Virus record (IMG/VR): IMGVR_UViG_3300028638_000041
Span: 1 to 29,464 of that record
DNA length: 29,464 nt
Origin: a virus
Lineage: Duplodnaviria; Caudoviricetes
Reading direction: 5' to 3' (one strand)
Positions 8,554 to 17,230 of this stretch are shown one piece after another. Numbering within the stretch: position 1 is the first letter of the stretch; the number at the start of each line of letters is the position of its first letter. The position numbers and the translations under genes are program-made. Below the pieces are notes generated by a model. The model saw only the letters and a program-made list of their open reading frames with translations, was not told where the DNA came from and did not search any database.

Positions 8554-9724
8554 TGTTCTCACCTCCCGCAGTTTCAATTAGCCCTGTGTCGAGACGTCTG
8601 ATCGGCTTGTCGCCGCCTTCGATTGGACCCATATTTAGAATTTCACGCCATTGATTCGGCGTCAGGGCACCTCTATCAACCATTTCTCTAAGTTCCAGCT
8701 TTGTTTTCATGGAAGCATGCTGCATATTTGCAGCTACAAAGATGATCTCATTTCCGAAGCCTCGTTCTTTCCTGGTGAATAGCTTTCTGGTGTATTCTCC
8801 GCCAAGCTGCATACCATCAGGTTCAATTTCGCTTTCATAATAGGCAATCCAGTCATCTTCAGCCCATTTGCTTTGAATGATCTTTTCGTTGGTGTTAAAA
8901 AAGTTCATAATTCGAATCTGCGTTTTATCCATCTGCTGTGCGTTCGGCACATAAGATTCAGGTTTCACCTGTTGGATGTCATATTTTGAATCGACACCTG
9001 CAGCTCCAGAGTTCTCAGATTCCATGGACATATAGCTATCAACAAAATCTTTAACGTGTTTCTTTATGTCTTCAGGTCGTGTTGTTGCATTAAATTTCAA
9101 AAGCCATTTAATAATATTGCTGCTTCGTATGGCTTTAACAATGCCCTGATCCGTCGTATTGACAATTTCCATCACTGGTTCAAGAACATCAATCGGAGGC
9201 TCACCAAAGATATCGTTGCTATTGAAGTCGCGTCTCAAGTGAATAATATCGCTATAGGAGAATGTCTTAATCTTTCCATTTGGCAGTGTAAATTTTATGA
9301 ATATGTCGCCATCATTTGAATATTTGACTTCTGCTGATGTACATGTAATTGGATAGATCTGCATCGGGTATTCATTCTCATCTCTAACGATCAGTGCAAA
9401 TGCGTTGCTATTAAGCATAAGCTGCGTCATCATCTTTTCTTGAAACAATTGTCCTGTCATATAAGGATTTGGTTCTTGGAGCAAAAATCGCATGTATGGC
9501 TCGGGGTTGATTTTAATACCATCAGTTGCTCTCCTGATGTGCTGCGGTTGTAGCTTGCCAATAGCTCTAACTTTTGGTCGTATACACGCCCGTATAATAT
9601 CAGACCTGTAGAGACTTCCGTTCCATGCATAAAACCCGTTGCCGCGCTCTGTCACCATCTGGATACGATGCGCTGTATTGACACTTGGATCAGCGTTCTT
9701 AAAAAACCAATTTAGTAATCCCAA
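8546..9724 (-). CDS. HK97-family portal protein
   Basis: PNPYMT, N.FA.I.R, DIIHLR, TPNQWRE..N..PIEGGD motifs; between TerL and protease. Confidence 0.95.
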   Translation of the reverse strand: MGLLNWFFKNADPSVNTAHRIQMVTERGNGFYAWNGSLYRSDIIRACIRPKVRAIGKLQPQHIRRATDGIKINPEPYMRFLLQEPNPYMTGQLFQEKMMTQLMLNSNAFALIVRDENEYPMQIYPITCTSAEVKYSNDGDIFIKFTLPNGKIKTFSYSDIIHLRRDFNSNDIFGEPPIDVLEPVMEIVNTTDQGIVKAIRSSNIIKWLLKFNATTRPEDIKKHVKDFVDSYMSMESENSGAAGVDSKYDIQQVKPESYVPNAQQMDKTQIRIMNFFNTNEKIIQSKWAEDDWIAYYESEIEPDGMQLGGEYTRKLFTRKERGFGNEIIFVAANMQHASMKTKLELREMVDRGALTPNQWREILNMGPIEGGDKPIRRLDTGLIETAGGENNS

Positions 9725-9742
9725 TTGCTCACCTCCTTGCCT

Positions 9743-11461
9743 TTAAAGGACGTTTTCATATTCTTGCTGCTTGTCTTGATAAATGACATAGGCATCTAAA
9801 AGTGCTGCGAGACCATCGATTCTTCTTGTCTGGTTTCGCCCCTTTATAGGCTGAATGTTATTGTTTTTATCAACATCAATCATAGTGTTGGATATACACC
9901 ACTTTGTTATTGGATTGTTATTATAGTTGACTAACTTGCTCCCTAAATCAGCGCCAAGACGCTTCATCGGGCTCGAAAGCGTCTTTTTACCCTGGATAAC
10001 TGGAATGATAATTTCCGATCCGAAGTTTGACTTCATTTCCTCGACCCAATACTTAGCTGACCAGCTGTCATAACCTACAAACGACATGTAGATATCAAGC
10101 TCGTTCTGGACCTCAATAAACCACTCGGTCACATATTTTGCATGAACACTATTACCTGGACAAACCCTGAGCAATCCTTGTTCGTGCCACAAATCGTAAG
10201 GTATTTTATCTTCTTTTGCCCTTCGTTCTAATAATTCTTCAGGCAACCAGTACATGTGCAGGCTATAGATCTTTGGATCATCAGGCACTTTGAAGATGAC
10301 GCATGCAGCCGTTAAATCAGTCGTGCTTGAAAGATCGACGCCACCGATGCCATACCTCGGTTTTAACTCCGCCACACTGAAGGTTTCAGTATTGTTGAGC
10401 TCTTCAAAAGTTAACCAAGCCTCTGTGCTTGTCTCCCTAATGTTGAATTCCTTGGTCAGCAGATTCTTAACCAGCATCGGATTAGCAAGTGCTCGTTTAA
10501 CCTTTGATGCAAGTGCTTCAAGATTTTTAATTGTTCCGAGACCAGGGTTTGCCTTTTTCCAGCAAGCTGGATCGGTCCATTCCTCACGCTTGTCCAGCTC
10601 GTAGATAAACGCTATGAACCGTTCGTCTTTGTATCCATTCTCGTCACTATAACCGTTTAAAACTCTGACAGCTTCTTCGTATTTCATGTCATAAATGTCT
10701 TCGCGTACTGTGCCCGCAGTTGAGGTGATATAGATAAGCGGCTGCTCGCGGGCGGTGACGCCGTCAGCGATGATGTCATAAAGCGTTTTTCCGTTTTTCC
10801 ACTGATGGATCTCGTCCATCAGCGCACCATGAACGTTAAGTCCGTCCAGTGTGTCAGAATCGCTTGCCAATGGTTTGAAAACTCCATCGTTAAATTCAGC
10901 GACAATCTCAGAGACAAGCGTTTTAATTCGTTTTCTAAGCGATGGCGATTTCCTAACCATACGCTTTGACTCTGACCAAATGATTTTAGCCTGGTCGCGC
11001 TTTGTGGCCAGCGCATAAACTTCTGGCCCTGGCTCGTTGTCCGCGAAGCCAAGATACAACCCAACGCCTGAAGATAACAGTGACTTGCCATTTTTCTTGC
11101 CTACGATCAGAACGGATTCTCTATATTTGCGATTTCCTTCAATATCAATAAAACCGAATACAGCCGCGAGGTGTGCTTTTTCCCAAAGTTCAAGAATGAC
11201 AGGCTTTCCGCCTTGCTTACCTTTTGAGTGCTTTAAGTAGTTTTCGAAAAATTCAATAATGTGATTTGCTCTGGCGTTTGAATAAAAAAACTCGTCCGGA
11301 TTTTGAATATCATGAACGAGTTTTTTATATAGGATTTTTATTTTTTCTGAAACAACTTCCCGTCCGCTTTCGATCTCCTGCCAGTATTCGAGGATCGGAT
11401 TATAATCCGAAGGATATTTAATCTTCCCGCGCGTTGATGAAGTCTTCATATCCGTCATCAT
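9743..11461 (-). CDS. terL: Terminase large subunit
   Basis: Walker A GKKNGKS, Walker B ALMDEIH, W.KANP.LG, GVDLS.T.DLTA, RIDG..A.LDA. Confidence 0.97.
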   Translation of the reverse strand: MMTDMKTSSTRGKIKYPSDYNPILEYWQEIESGREVVSEKIKILYKKLVHDIQNPDEFFYSNARANHIIEFFENYLKHSKGKQGGKPVILELWEKAHLAAVFGFIDIEGNRKYRESVLIVGKKNGKSLLSSGVGLYLGFADNEPGPEVYALATKRDQAKIIWSESKRMVRKSPSLRKRIKTLVSEIVAEFNDGVFKPLASDSDTLDGLNVHGALMDEIHQWKNGKTLYDIIADGVTAREQPLIYITSTAGTVREDIYDMKYEEAVRVLNGYSDENGYKDERFIAFIYELDKREEWTDPACWKKANPGLGTIKNLEALASKVKRALANPMLVKNLLTKEFNIRETSTEAWLTFEELNNTETFSVAELKPRYGIGGVDLSSTTDLTAACVIFKVPDDPKIYSLHMYWLPEELLERRAKEDKIPYDLWHEQGLLRVCPGNSVHAKYVTEWFIEVQNELDIYMSFVGYDSWSAKYWVEEMKSNFGSEIIIPVIQGKKTLSSPMKRLGADLGSKLVNYNNNPITKWCISNTMIDVDKNNNIQPIKGRNQTRRIDGLAALLDAYVIYQDKQQEYENVL

Positions 11462-11828
11462 CCTCTTTTGGTGCGGACTTCGGTATTAAATCAGTCAGCT
11501 GCTTCATCACTGACATATGGTTTTTGATCATGGTGTTATAAACTTCGACCTCAGGGCTTTTCTTTGTGCCCCATTGGTTTTCTCCGTTCTGATAGGTCGA
11601 AACACATCCACTAAAATTAATTTCATCCTGTAGATCTGACAACGTAATCACCATGAAGGCTGCATTTTCAATCAGGGATTTTACGGTTTTCAGGACTTCC
11701 GGATCGATATTGGCAAATGATTTTTGAAGTCTTCTCTGTTCGGTCTTAATTCTTTTTAGTTTTTTTTTCTTTAAATCCTTTTTTTTATCTTCTTCTATTT
11801 CTTGGTAATTTCGTGCATTATCTCCCAA
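11418..11828 (-). CDS. terS: Terminase small subunit (P27-like)
   Basis: Upstream of TerL; LIENAAFM...L..LQ..IN..G....YQNGENQWG.K motif; TTG start at 11828. Confidence 0.88.
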   Translation of the reverse strand: MGDNARNYQEIEEDKKKDLKKKKLKRIKTEQRRLQKSFANIDPEVLKTVKSLIENAAFMVITLSDLQDEINFSGCVSTYQNGENQWGTKKSPEVEVYNTMIKNHMSVMKQLTDLIPKSAPKEDDDGYEDFINARED

Positions 11829-11829
11829 A

Positions 11830-11930
11830 AACCACACCCCCTCATGCGCACGACCTGTGTATTACGTTATCCCCCACTCTCGGTCGGTCAGCCATTCACA
11901 CGGTATTGTTGAATAGGGGGGGCTATACTA
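11830..11930. promoter_or_regulatory. Putative cos/packaging region
   Basis: Non-coding gap between HNH and terS with C7 and G5 runs and GACCGACCG, the usual location of cos in HNH-TerS-TerL phages. Exact cut site not identifiable. Confidence 0.5.
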
Positions 11931-12246
11931 ATTTATCTACCTCAACCAGGTCACCATTTGCATCAAACATTAACCCTTCAGAAACAATGCCCAGGCCATT
12001 GCCAATATGTTCGGCATTGTGGCAGTCTTGGCAATCATACCTGAGCAGCTCATGATTTAGAGCTACGTTTGGATCACTTATATTATCTGGAGTCAAGTAC
12101 ACCTTATGATGCACTATCTTTCCGGGTGTGATCTTTCCACGTTTTAGACAACTCTCACACAGTCCATTTACAGACTTGATATAAGCAGCCCTGCACAGCT
12201 TCCACCTTTTACTATCATAGAAGGCTTTCGCAAAATCCTTAGCCAT
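11923..12246 (-). CDS. Terminase-associated HNH endonuclease
   Basis: FY.SKRW...R, GLCESC, VHHK, CQDCHNAEH. Confidence 0.93.
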   Translation of the reverse strand: MAKDFAKAFYDSKRWKLCRAAYIKSVNGLCESCLKRGKITPGKIVHHKVYLTPDNISDPNVALNHELLRYDCQDCHNAEHIGNGLGIVSEGLMFDANGDLVEVDKLV

Positions 12247-12503
12247 TACCTCACACCCTTCATACTGCGGTTGTTATATTCTGGCTTCCACCTAGACGAC
12301 AGCTGCCTATACTCTGACTCAGTAAGAATTCGCCTGGCTGCCTCTCTGAAGTAAGGATCCTTTGGCACTTTACCTTTGCAGATAAGTTTCACCAAAGAAT
12401 CACAACCTGATCTGTAGTTGAAATGTCCATGCTCTCCCCTGCCTTTTACGCATATGATCCAACCGTCATGAACCTTCTTGATGTCGAATTGATGTGGCTT
12501 CAA
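12246..12503 (-). CDS. Hypothetical protein, first ORF of the late operon
   Basis: TTG start at 12503 after AAAGGGGTGGAG; TAATG coupling to HNH. Confidence 0.7.
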   Translation of the reverse strand: MKPHQFDIKKVHDGWIICVKGRGEHGHFNYRSGCDSLVKLICKGKVPKDPYFREAARRILTESEYRQLSSRWKPEYNNRSMKGVR

Positions 12504-12508
12504 CTCTC

Positions 12509-12708
12509 CACCCCTTTCGCCAAATGGCGAGGCCGGTGATTGGCGCATGCGTCAAGTTGCACCGGCCTGTATTTCATCAAGTCTAAGGCCCAGGAGTCCA
12601 TCTAAGTATCAGCCGCGTCTTAGACTTTGATAGCATTATAATGGCCGCCTGGCGAAAGGAGGTGTTTTCGATCGCTGGCGGCCCGGAAGATTGTGTATAG
12701 TTTTTCAC
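12509..12708 (-). ncRNA. Structured 5' leader of the late transcript
   Basis: Four hairpins (12517-12530, 12530-12568, 12576-12631, 12643-12683) between the putative late promoter and the first late ORF. Confidence 0.5.
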
Positions 12709-12714
12709 AATTTG

Positions 12715-12758
12715 AGCATAGCACTATATTTAGTACCACGCACCCCCTAAATACCCTA
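12715..12758 (-). promoter_or_regulatory. Putative activator-dependent late promoter
   Basis: Extended -10 TGcTATGCT (12723-12715), no consensus -35, TAGGG direct repeats (12758-12754, 12749-12745) right after the late activator gene. Confidence 0.55.
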
Positions 12759-13181
12759 CAATTTGTGTTTGATGTCAAGACTAGCTGAAACCTTCTCAAT
12801 CCATTTGATACTATAACCAAGCTCTTCAGCTATCGCCTGTAAGGTTTTCCCTTCAACCAGTCTCTTATATGCCACCTGACTATGGAGACAATCACTCGAC
12901 CCAAGGATACAATCAATTGCCTCCTTAGCCTCTGCCTTATCAATGAGTATTTCCTCAAGAATAAGTAAGTCTTGCTCATTATCAATGTACTGATTTACAA
13001 GCCGTTCAAATGACATTTGAGTGGATCCTTTCGGACCCGTATCATATCTTTGAGCGCTTATTTCCTTTGGTCCGCCCATGAATTTTTTTAGCGTCTCATT
13101 TTGCCGCTTAAGCTCAGCTATCCTTGCTTCAATGATTGCAATTTCATCAAGTAGTTTTTTGTACGTCCTGTACGCTATCAT
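12756..13181 (-). CDS. Late transcription activator (RinA/ArpU-like, C-terminal sigma70 region-4-like HTH)
   Basis: Last early gene before packaging; EGKTLQAIAEELGYS..WI HTH. Confidence 0.8.
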   Translation of the reverse strand: MIAYRTYKKLLDEIAIIEARIAELKRQNETLKKFMGGPKEISAQRYDTGPKGSTQMSFERLVNQYIDNEQDLLILEEILIDKAEAKEAIDCILGSSDCLHSQVAYKRLVEGKTLQAIAEELGYSIKWIEKVSASLDIKHKL

Positions 13182-13476
13182 GGCCAACCCCCATCTTAAC
13201 GTCCAAAAGAATCCAACCCTTTACACTCCAACCGCGACCCATCAACTTGTCAACATGCGTCCGGATCGCCTCCGGTACATCCTCACCAGTTGCCTCTATC
13301 GTGCCAATACACACCTGGATCAGATCCAGCAGCTCACTGTTCAGCCGCTTGGCATCCCCATTCCCGACAATCATGTCGTGAAGTTCCTCGCAAACTTCTG
13401 TATACTCCTCAGACAGTTTCTTAAGATGTTTCCCCCATGTTTCACGCTTCCACAAGATCGGCATTGAGGCTTTCAT
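13147..13476 (-). CDS. MazG-like (all-alpha NTP pyrophosphohydrolase) protein
   Basis: KL.EE..EV.E...ELLDLIQ acidic motif; ATG 13476 after AAGGAGG. Confidence 0.55.
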   Translation of the reverse strand: MKASMPILWKRETWGKHLKKLSEEYTEVCEELHDMIVGNGDAKRLNSELLDLIQVCIGTIEATGEDVPEAIRTHVDKLMGRGWSVKGWILLDVKMGVGHDSVQDVQKTT

Positions 13477-13615
13477 TTGCAACCTCCTTGTCATGGCATT
13501 CGTTGCAAAGATAGATCTGCCGATAGTTATCATGCCACACACCAGCCTTAGACATAGGCTGTTTCTTGCAGATATCGCACGTTGGTGGGTACTTCAGATA
13601 AACATGCTGCATCAT
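13442..13615 (-). CDS. 57-aa CxxC/CxxC zinc-finger protein (not in ORF track)
   Basis: MMQHVYLKYPPTCDICKKQPMSKAGVWHDNYRQIYLCNECHDKEVANESLNADLVEA; ATGA overlap with the upstream stop and overlap with the next gene. Confidence 0.75.
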   Translation of the reverse strand: MMQHVYLKYPPTCDICKKQPMSKAGVWHDNYRQIYLCNECHDKEVANESLNADLVEA

Positions 13616-14430
13616 CCAAGATCAACTCCCATCAATTCGGCAGCCTTCTCAAATCCTTCAAGCCAGATGTTCAGTTCTTCCTGGCGCTGGCGCAGCTCCT
13701 GCTCGATCTTCATGCAATCAATTATGTTTAGAGCAAGTTTTTCATAATCCGCGACTTTATGCGAATAGGTGTCAAATATCGCATTATTTGATTTCAACTC
13801 AGTCATAACTTCAGGTTCAACGACATCAGTCACATTATTTTCAACTGTATCGACTGGCTCAACCGACTCAATAGGTGCGTCAGCTGTAACTGTCATGACC
13901 TCCGGATCCGGATGGCCTGCGGCAAGTGCCTCCTCAAACCGTTCCTCAGACACATCCTCGATTGGTTTAATCAATTTCGCACGCAATTTCTCGATATTTT
14001 CGGTTGCCTTCTGAATATTTTTATACTCATGTAAAGTAGGGACTCCAAGCTTATCAGCAAGACCGGTCATGCCGCCAATTGGACCATAAATAGTCTTTTC
14101 ATATTTCTTGAGCTTCTTAGACATCGCAGACCATGCCGGTACATGCTCTGTGATGCCAACTTCCTCCATGAAATTTTTAACCGCCTCTATAACTTCATTT
14201 GCATCATAAATTTTCGCCATTTCGTCATCATCCTTTTTCTTTAAATTTCGTACATTGATCAGCGATCCAATTTTCTTTCCGGACCCTTTACAGCTGCCGT
14301 AGCGCTTTTCTATTTCCTCTGGCGTCAGTTTGTAGGTTTTAACCTCATTACAATCGGCCAAATGCTTTGTTTCATACTCTGCTTCTCTCTCTAAATCTCG
14401 CCTCTCGAATTTAAAATTGTTGTATGTCAT
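13612..14430 (-). CDS. Hypothetical phage protein
   Basis: 272-aa ORF with GAGGTG RBS; acidic linker and C-terminal coiled coil. Confidence 0.8.
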   Translation of the reverse strand: MTYNNFKFERRDLEREAEYETKHLADCNEVKTYKLTPEEIEKRYGSCKGSGKKIGSLINVRNLKKKDDDEMAKIYDANEVIEAVKNFMEEVGITEHVPAWSAMSKKLKKYEKTIYGPIGGMTGLADKLGVPTLHEYKNIQKATENIEKLRAKLIKPIEDVSEERFEEALAAGHPDPEVMTVTADAPIESVEPVDTVENNVTDVVEPEVMTELKSNNAIFDTYSHKVADYEKLALNIIDCMKIEQELRQRQEELNIWLEGFEKAAELMGVDLG

Positions 14431-14442
14431 TCTGACACCTCT

Positions 14443-14877
14443 CTAAAATGGCACTTCGTCATCATCTTGATAGCTACCACTGAAATCGCCTGGATCATAC
14501 ATACCTTGATCCTGATCAGCTGCCGATTGTTGACTGCTCGCCTTCTCGATAAATTCAAGATGATTTGCAGTAATCTCTGTCGTATACCTGGTCTCACCAT
14601 CATTTGTCTTAAAGGACCCGGTTGTGATCTGTCCATCAATCGCAACCTTCTGACCTTTTCTAAGATACTGCGCTGCCACTTCTGCCGTTTTGCCCCAGAC
14701 ATTGACTCTGATGAAGTCAGCTGTTGAAATACCCTTCTGCTGATATTCAGCCTTTTTGTCTTTGCTCAGCTGCCGATCCACAGCCAGCGTGAAATTACAA
14801 ACTGCTCTTCCGGTTGATGCTACGTGTCTAAGTTCTGGATCCTTGGTCAATCTTCCGATCAGTACGACTTTATTCAT
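14443..14877 (-). CDS. ssb: Single-stranded DNA-binding protein
   Basis: MNKVVLIGRLTKDPELR, ADFI.V..WGKTAE, acidic DDDEVPF tail. Confidence 0.97.
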   Translation of the reverse strand: MNKVVLIGRLTKDPELRHVASTGRAVCNFTLAVDRQLSKDKKAEYQQKGISTADFIRVNVWGKTAEVAAQYLRKGQKVAIDGQITTGSFKTNDGETRYTTEITANHLEFIEKASSQQSAADQDQGMYDPGDFSGSYQDDDEVPF

Positions 14878-15742
14878 GCTCATTCTCCTTCTGGTTCGTC
14901 ATTGTGGGCTTATGCGCACCTAACTTTGTTGACACAATAGCTGGCCTACACCATTCTCTTTGAAACTTTCTCCAAGTTTGATCTACCTCGCCATTTTTAT
15001 CTCTATATAGCATTGCATATGGAACAAAACCAGCTTGAACCGTCTGTATCAGTCTTTTTTCGGCTTTTTCAAATGTATCTTGTGGATAGCCGATCAACAC
15101 ATAACAACTCATCGAGTGACTTTCGACAGTGAATCCTGCGTCTTGTAATGTCTTTCCCGCTTCAATAAGTGGTTCGTAATCATCAGGCGTATCATAAGCA
15201 AAATACATCCGCTTTGTTCCAACACTTTTAAGCAATTCTGCGTGCCACGGCTTCAAAATTTTAGCTTCAAGTCCACCAGTGAAAATTGGCTTTTCGGGCT
15301 GACTTTTTAGCATTTCAAATACTTTGCGAATGTGATCGTCCGAACAAGCAAGCAAATTATCATCTAAAACATTCCAACCTTCAACAATCGGAAGTTCTCG
15401 AAGCTGATAGCCCTCTCGCTTTGGCACAGAACAGAACCAATAACGATTTGGACAACCTCTGCTTGTAATCACATAACCCTTTTTTAGATATCGACCTGAT
15501 ACAAATTCTCCGCCTTTCTCATTCAATGCAGGCCCGCCTATCTTCACAGGAACACCGACAGACTCCCATTGACGCGCCAACCACTCTGATTTTGCCATGT
15601 CATAAGTGAACGCAACAGATATATGAACCTCATCTATTTCGGGCAATGTAAGCAGCGGCGGAACATCAAAGAATACTAAATCATCAACTGGTGTGGCTGC
15701 TGTTTTTCTTGGAAAAACTCTTGCGATCCTAATTTTTATCAC
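14870..15742 (-). CDS. Radical SAM-family protein with degenerate cluster motif (CxxxYxxC)
   Basis: TSRGCPNRYWFCSVP..EG, LDDNLLA, GGLEA, CYVLIGY..DT.E.AE.R resemble phage radical SAM proteins. Confidence 0.8.
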   Translation of the reverse strand: MIKIRIARVFPRKTAATPVDDLVFFDVPPLLTLPEIDEVHISVAFTYDMAKSEWLARQWESVGVPVKIGGPALNEKGGEFVSGRYLKKGYVITSRGCPNRYWFCSVPKREGYQLRELPIVEGWNVLDDNLLACSDDHIRKVFEMLKSQPEKPIFTGGLEAKILKPWHAELLKSVGTKRMYFAYDTPDDYEPLIEAGKTLQDAGFTVESHSMSCYVLIGYPQDTFEKAEKRLIQTVQAGFVPYAMLYRDKNGEVDQTWRKFQREWCRPAIVSTKLGAHKPTMTNQKENEHE

Positions 15743-15770
15743 CGCCTTTAATTCGGAATACCTTTCTTTT

Positions 15771-16088
15771 CTACTCTGTGGGCTTAGGCGAATTAACTTT
15801 CCTGATTACGTCAATCGTTTCATCTTCACAATTAAAATTCCAAACAATTTCCCACAGAGTGATGAAGTTGTCATTACAGCACCCAGAATAACTATTTCCA
15901 CAGCACCATTCTGTCTCATCCATTGCTTTCTGGATTTTGTCATAGTCTATACAATTTTCACATCCAATCCCGAAAGCACCAGATTCAAAGACAATTTTTC
16001 CGACTTCTCCATAAATAAAAGTGACTTCATCACCCCACATTATTTCTTTATTGTCGTCATAATATAAGCCAGTACCAAGCTCTTTCAT
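15771..16088 (-). CDS. YopX-like C-terminal domain protein
   Basis: TGL..D.KEI..GD.V...G.I.F..GAF pattern. Confidence 0.55.
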   Translation of the reverse strand: MKELGTGLYYDDNKEIMWGDEVTFIYGEVGKIVFESGAFGIGCENCIDYDKIQKAMDETEWCCGNSYSGCCNDNFITLWEIVWNFNCEDETIDVIRKVNSPKPTE

Positions 16089-16094
16089 CTATCT

Positions 16095-16310
16095 TCACCT
16101 CATATACTTTCTGTATGAATTCCACAATTTGATAGCTTCATCCATAGAACTCGTTCTGAATTTATTTCTTTCCCCGCATTTTTCGCAAAGCACAACATAT
16201 AGTCTATTTTCGCGATAGGATGTATAAGTTCTTCCACCACAAATGCAATTTCTCATTTTCTCGTCTTCCGATGTTTCTTTGCCCCTTGTAGGCCATTCGT
16301 CATAATTCAC
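16095..16310 (-). CDS. Lar-like (restriction alleviation) zinc-binding protein
   Basis: C.CGG...Y.V.C..CG.....S..EAIKLWN pattern. Confidence 0.6.
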   Translation of the reverse strand: MNYDEWPTRGKETSEDEKMRNCICGGRTYTSYRENRLYVVLCEKCGERNKFRTSSMDEAIKLWNSYRKYMR

Positions 16311-16330
16311 TGGTTCGCACTTCCTTTCTT

Positions 16331-16738
16331 CTACGAATCAAGCAGCTCAGGATCGTCATAGATATTGCCAACGACTTCCCTGGATGTCACTTGAAAACAA
16401 TCACCCAACAATTGATAAAAATCATCATCATATTGCAAGTCTCGTCTATCTAGCTTAACGTTCTTGCCCCACCAGGCAACTCTATGCTCATCCCAAAAGA
16501 CAATGTATAGCCCTGGCTTGTAATTGCCTGTGATTTTTACAATGTCACCTTCGAAAATCTTATAACCTTCAGAGTCCAGCAATCCAGTCCATTGGCCCAC
16601 AGTTTCAGGATCTACTGCTGTCATCGCAAATTCTTTGTACGGTTTAATAAATGTCTTACCTTTGGCGTCAATGATATGGCAGCCATTGACCCACTCACCT
16701 TTTGAAATTGACTTGCCTCTAAACTTAATTGGTCTCAT
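16331..16738 (-). CDS. YopX family protein
   Basis: MRPIKFRGK, VDPETVGQWTGL.D..G.KIFEGDIV, EVVGNIYDDPELL. Confidence 0.92.
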   Translation of the reverse strand: MRPIKFRGKSISKGEWVNGCHIIDAKGKTFIKPYKEFAMTAVDPETVGQWTGLLDSEGYKIFEGDIVKITGNYKPGLYIVFWDEHRVAWWGKNVKLDRRDLQYDDDFYQLLGDCFQVTSREVVGNIYDDPELLDS

Positions 16739-17099
16739 CCACAATCTCCTCCATTCCAAATACCTGTTGAAGCTGCTTAAGACTCAGCCGCCCAGATTTC
16801 TGCATCCTTTTTGCCAGACAATAGATCTGATTGTCCACAAACTCCACCGCTGCTGGATCGTCAAGCAGCTCAGTCACATCCGTCGAGATCCATAATCTAA
16901 AGCCTCGTGTCGACTCGATCTTAGATCCTTTAGCATTCAACCAGGCAGCCACGTCAGAAGTCCGCCGTAGCTCAATGTATTTTAGAAATATTGCCTCTGT
17001 AAAATTCACCGGCTCCCGGCTAAGCACACCTTTGAGCCTGTGGTAAAACTCGACCTGATCTTCTAATGATTTCAGTGTTACCTGATGCTTTCTTGCCAC
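16725..17099 (-). CDS. Hypothetical DNA-binding protein with a recombinase-domain-like motif
   Basis: DVAAWLNAKG....RG.RLW....V..LL resembles the serine-recombinase recombinase-domain helix motif; GTG start at 17099. Confidence 0.5.
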   Translation of the reverse strand: MARKHQVTLKSLEDQVEFYHRLKGVLSREPVNFTEAIFLKYIELRRTSDVAAWLNAKGSKIESTRGFRLWISTDVTELLDDPAAVEFVDNQIYCLAKRMQKSGRLSLKQLQQVFGMEEIVDETN

Positions 17100-17230
17100 C
17101 TTTTCACCGCCCTGAGGATGTCTTATCGTAATATTTTGGGAACTTCGCAAAACTGCCTCGAATCAACGTAATTTCAACCTTCAAACCACATTTGCATTTT
17201 CTGCGACATTCCCGCAGTCTCATTAAGACA

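Noticed and set aside
12620-12820. 66-aa minus-strand ORF
   Set aside because: Spans the late promoter and structured leader; no RBS.
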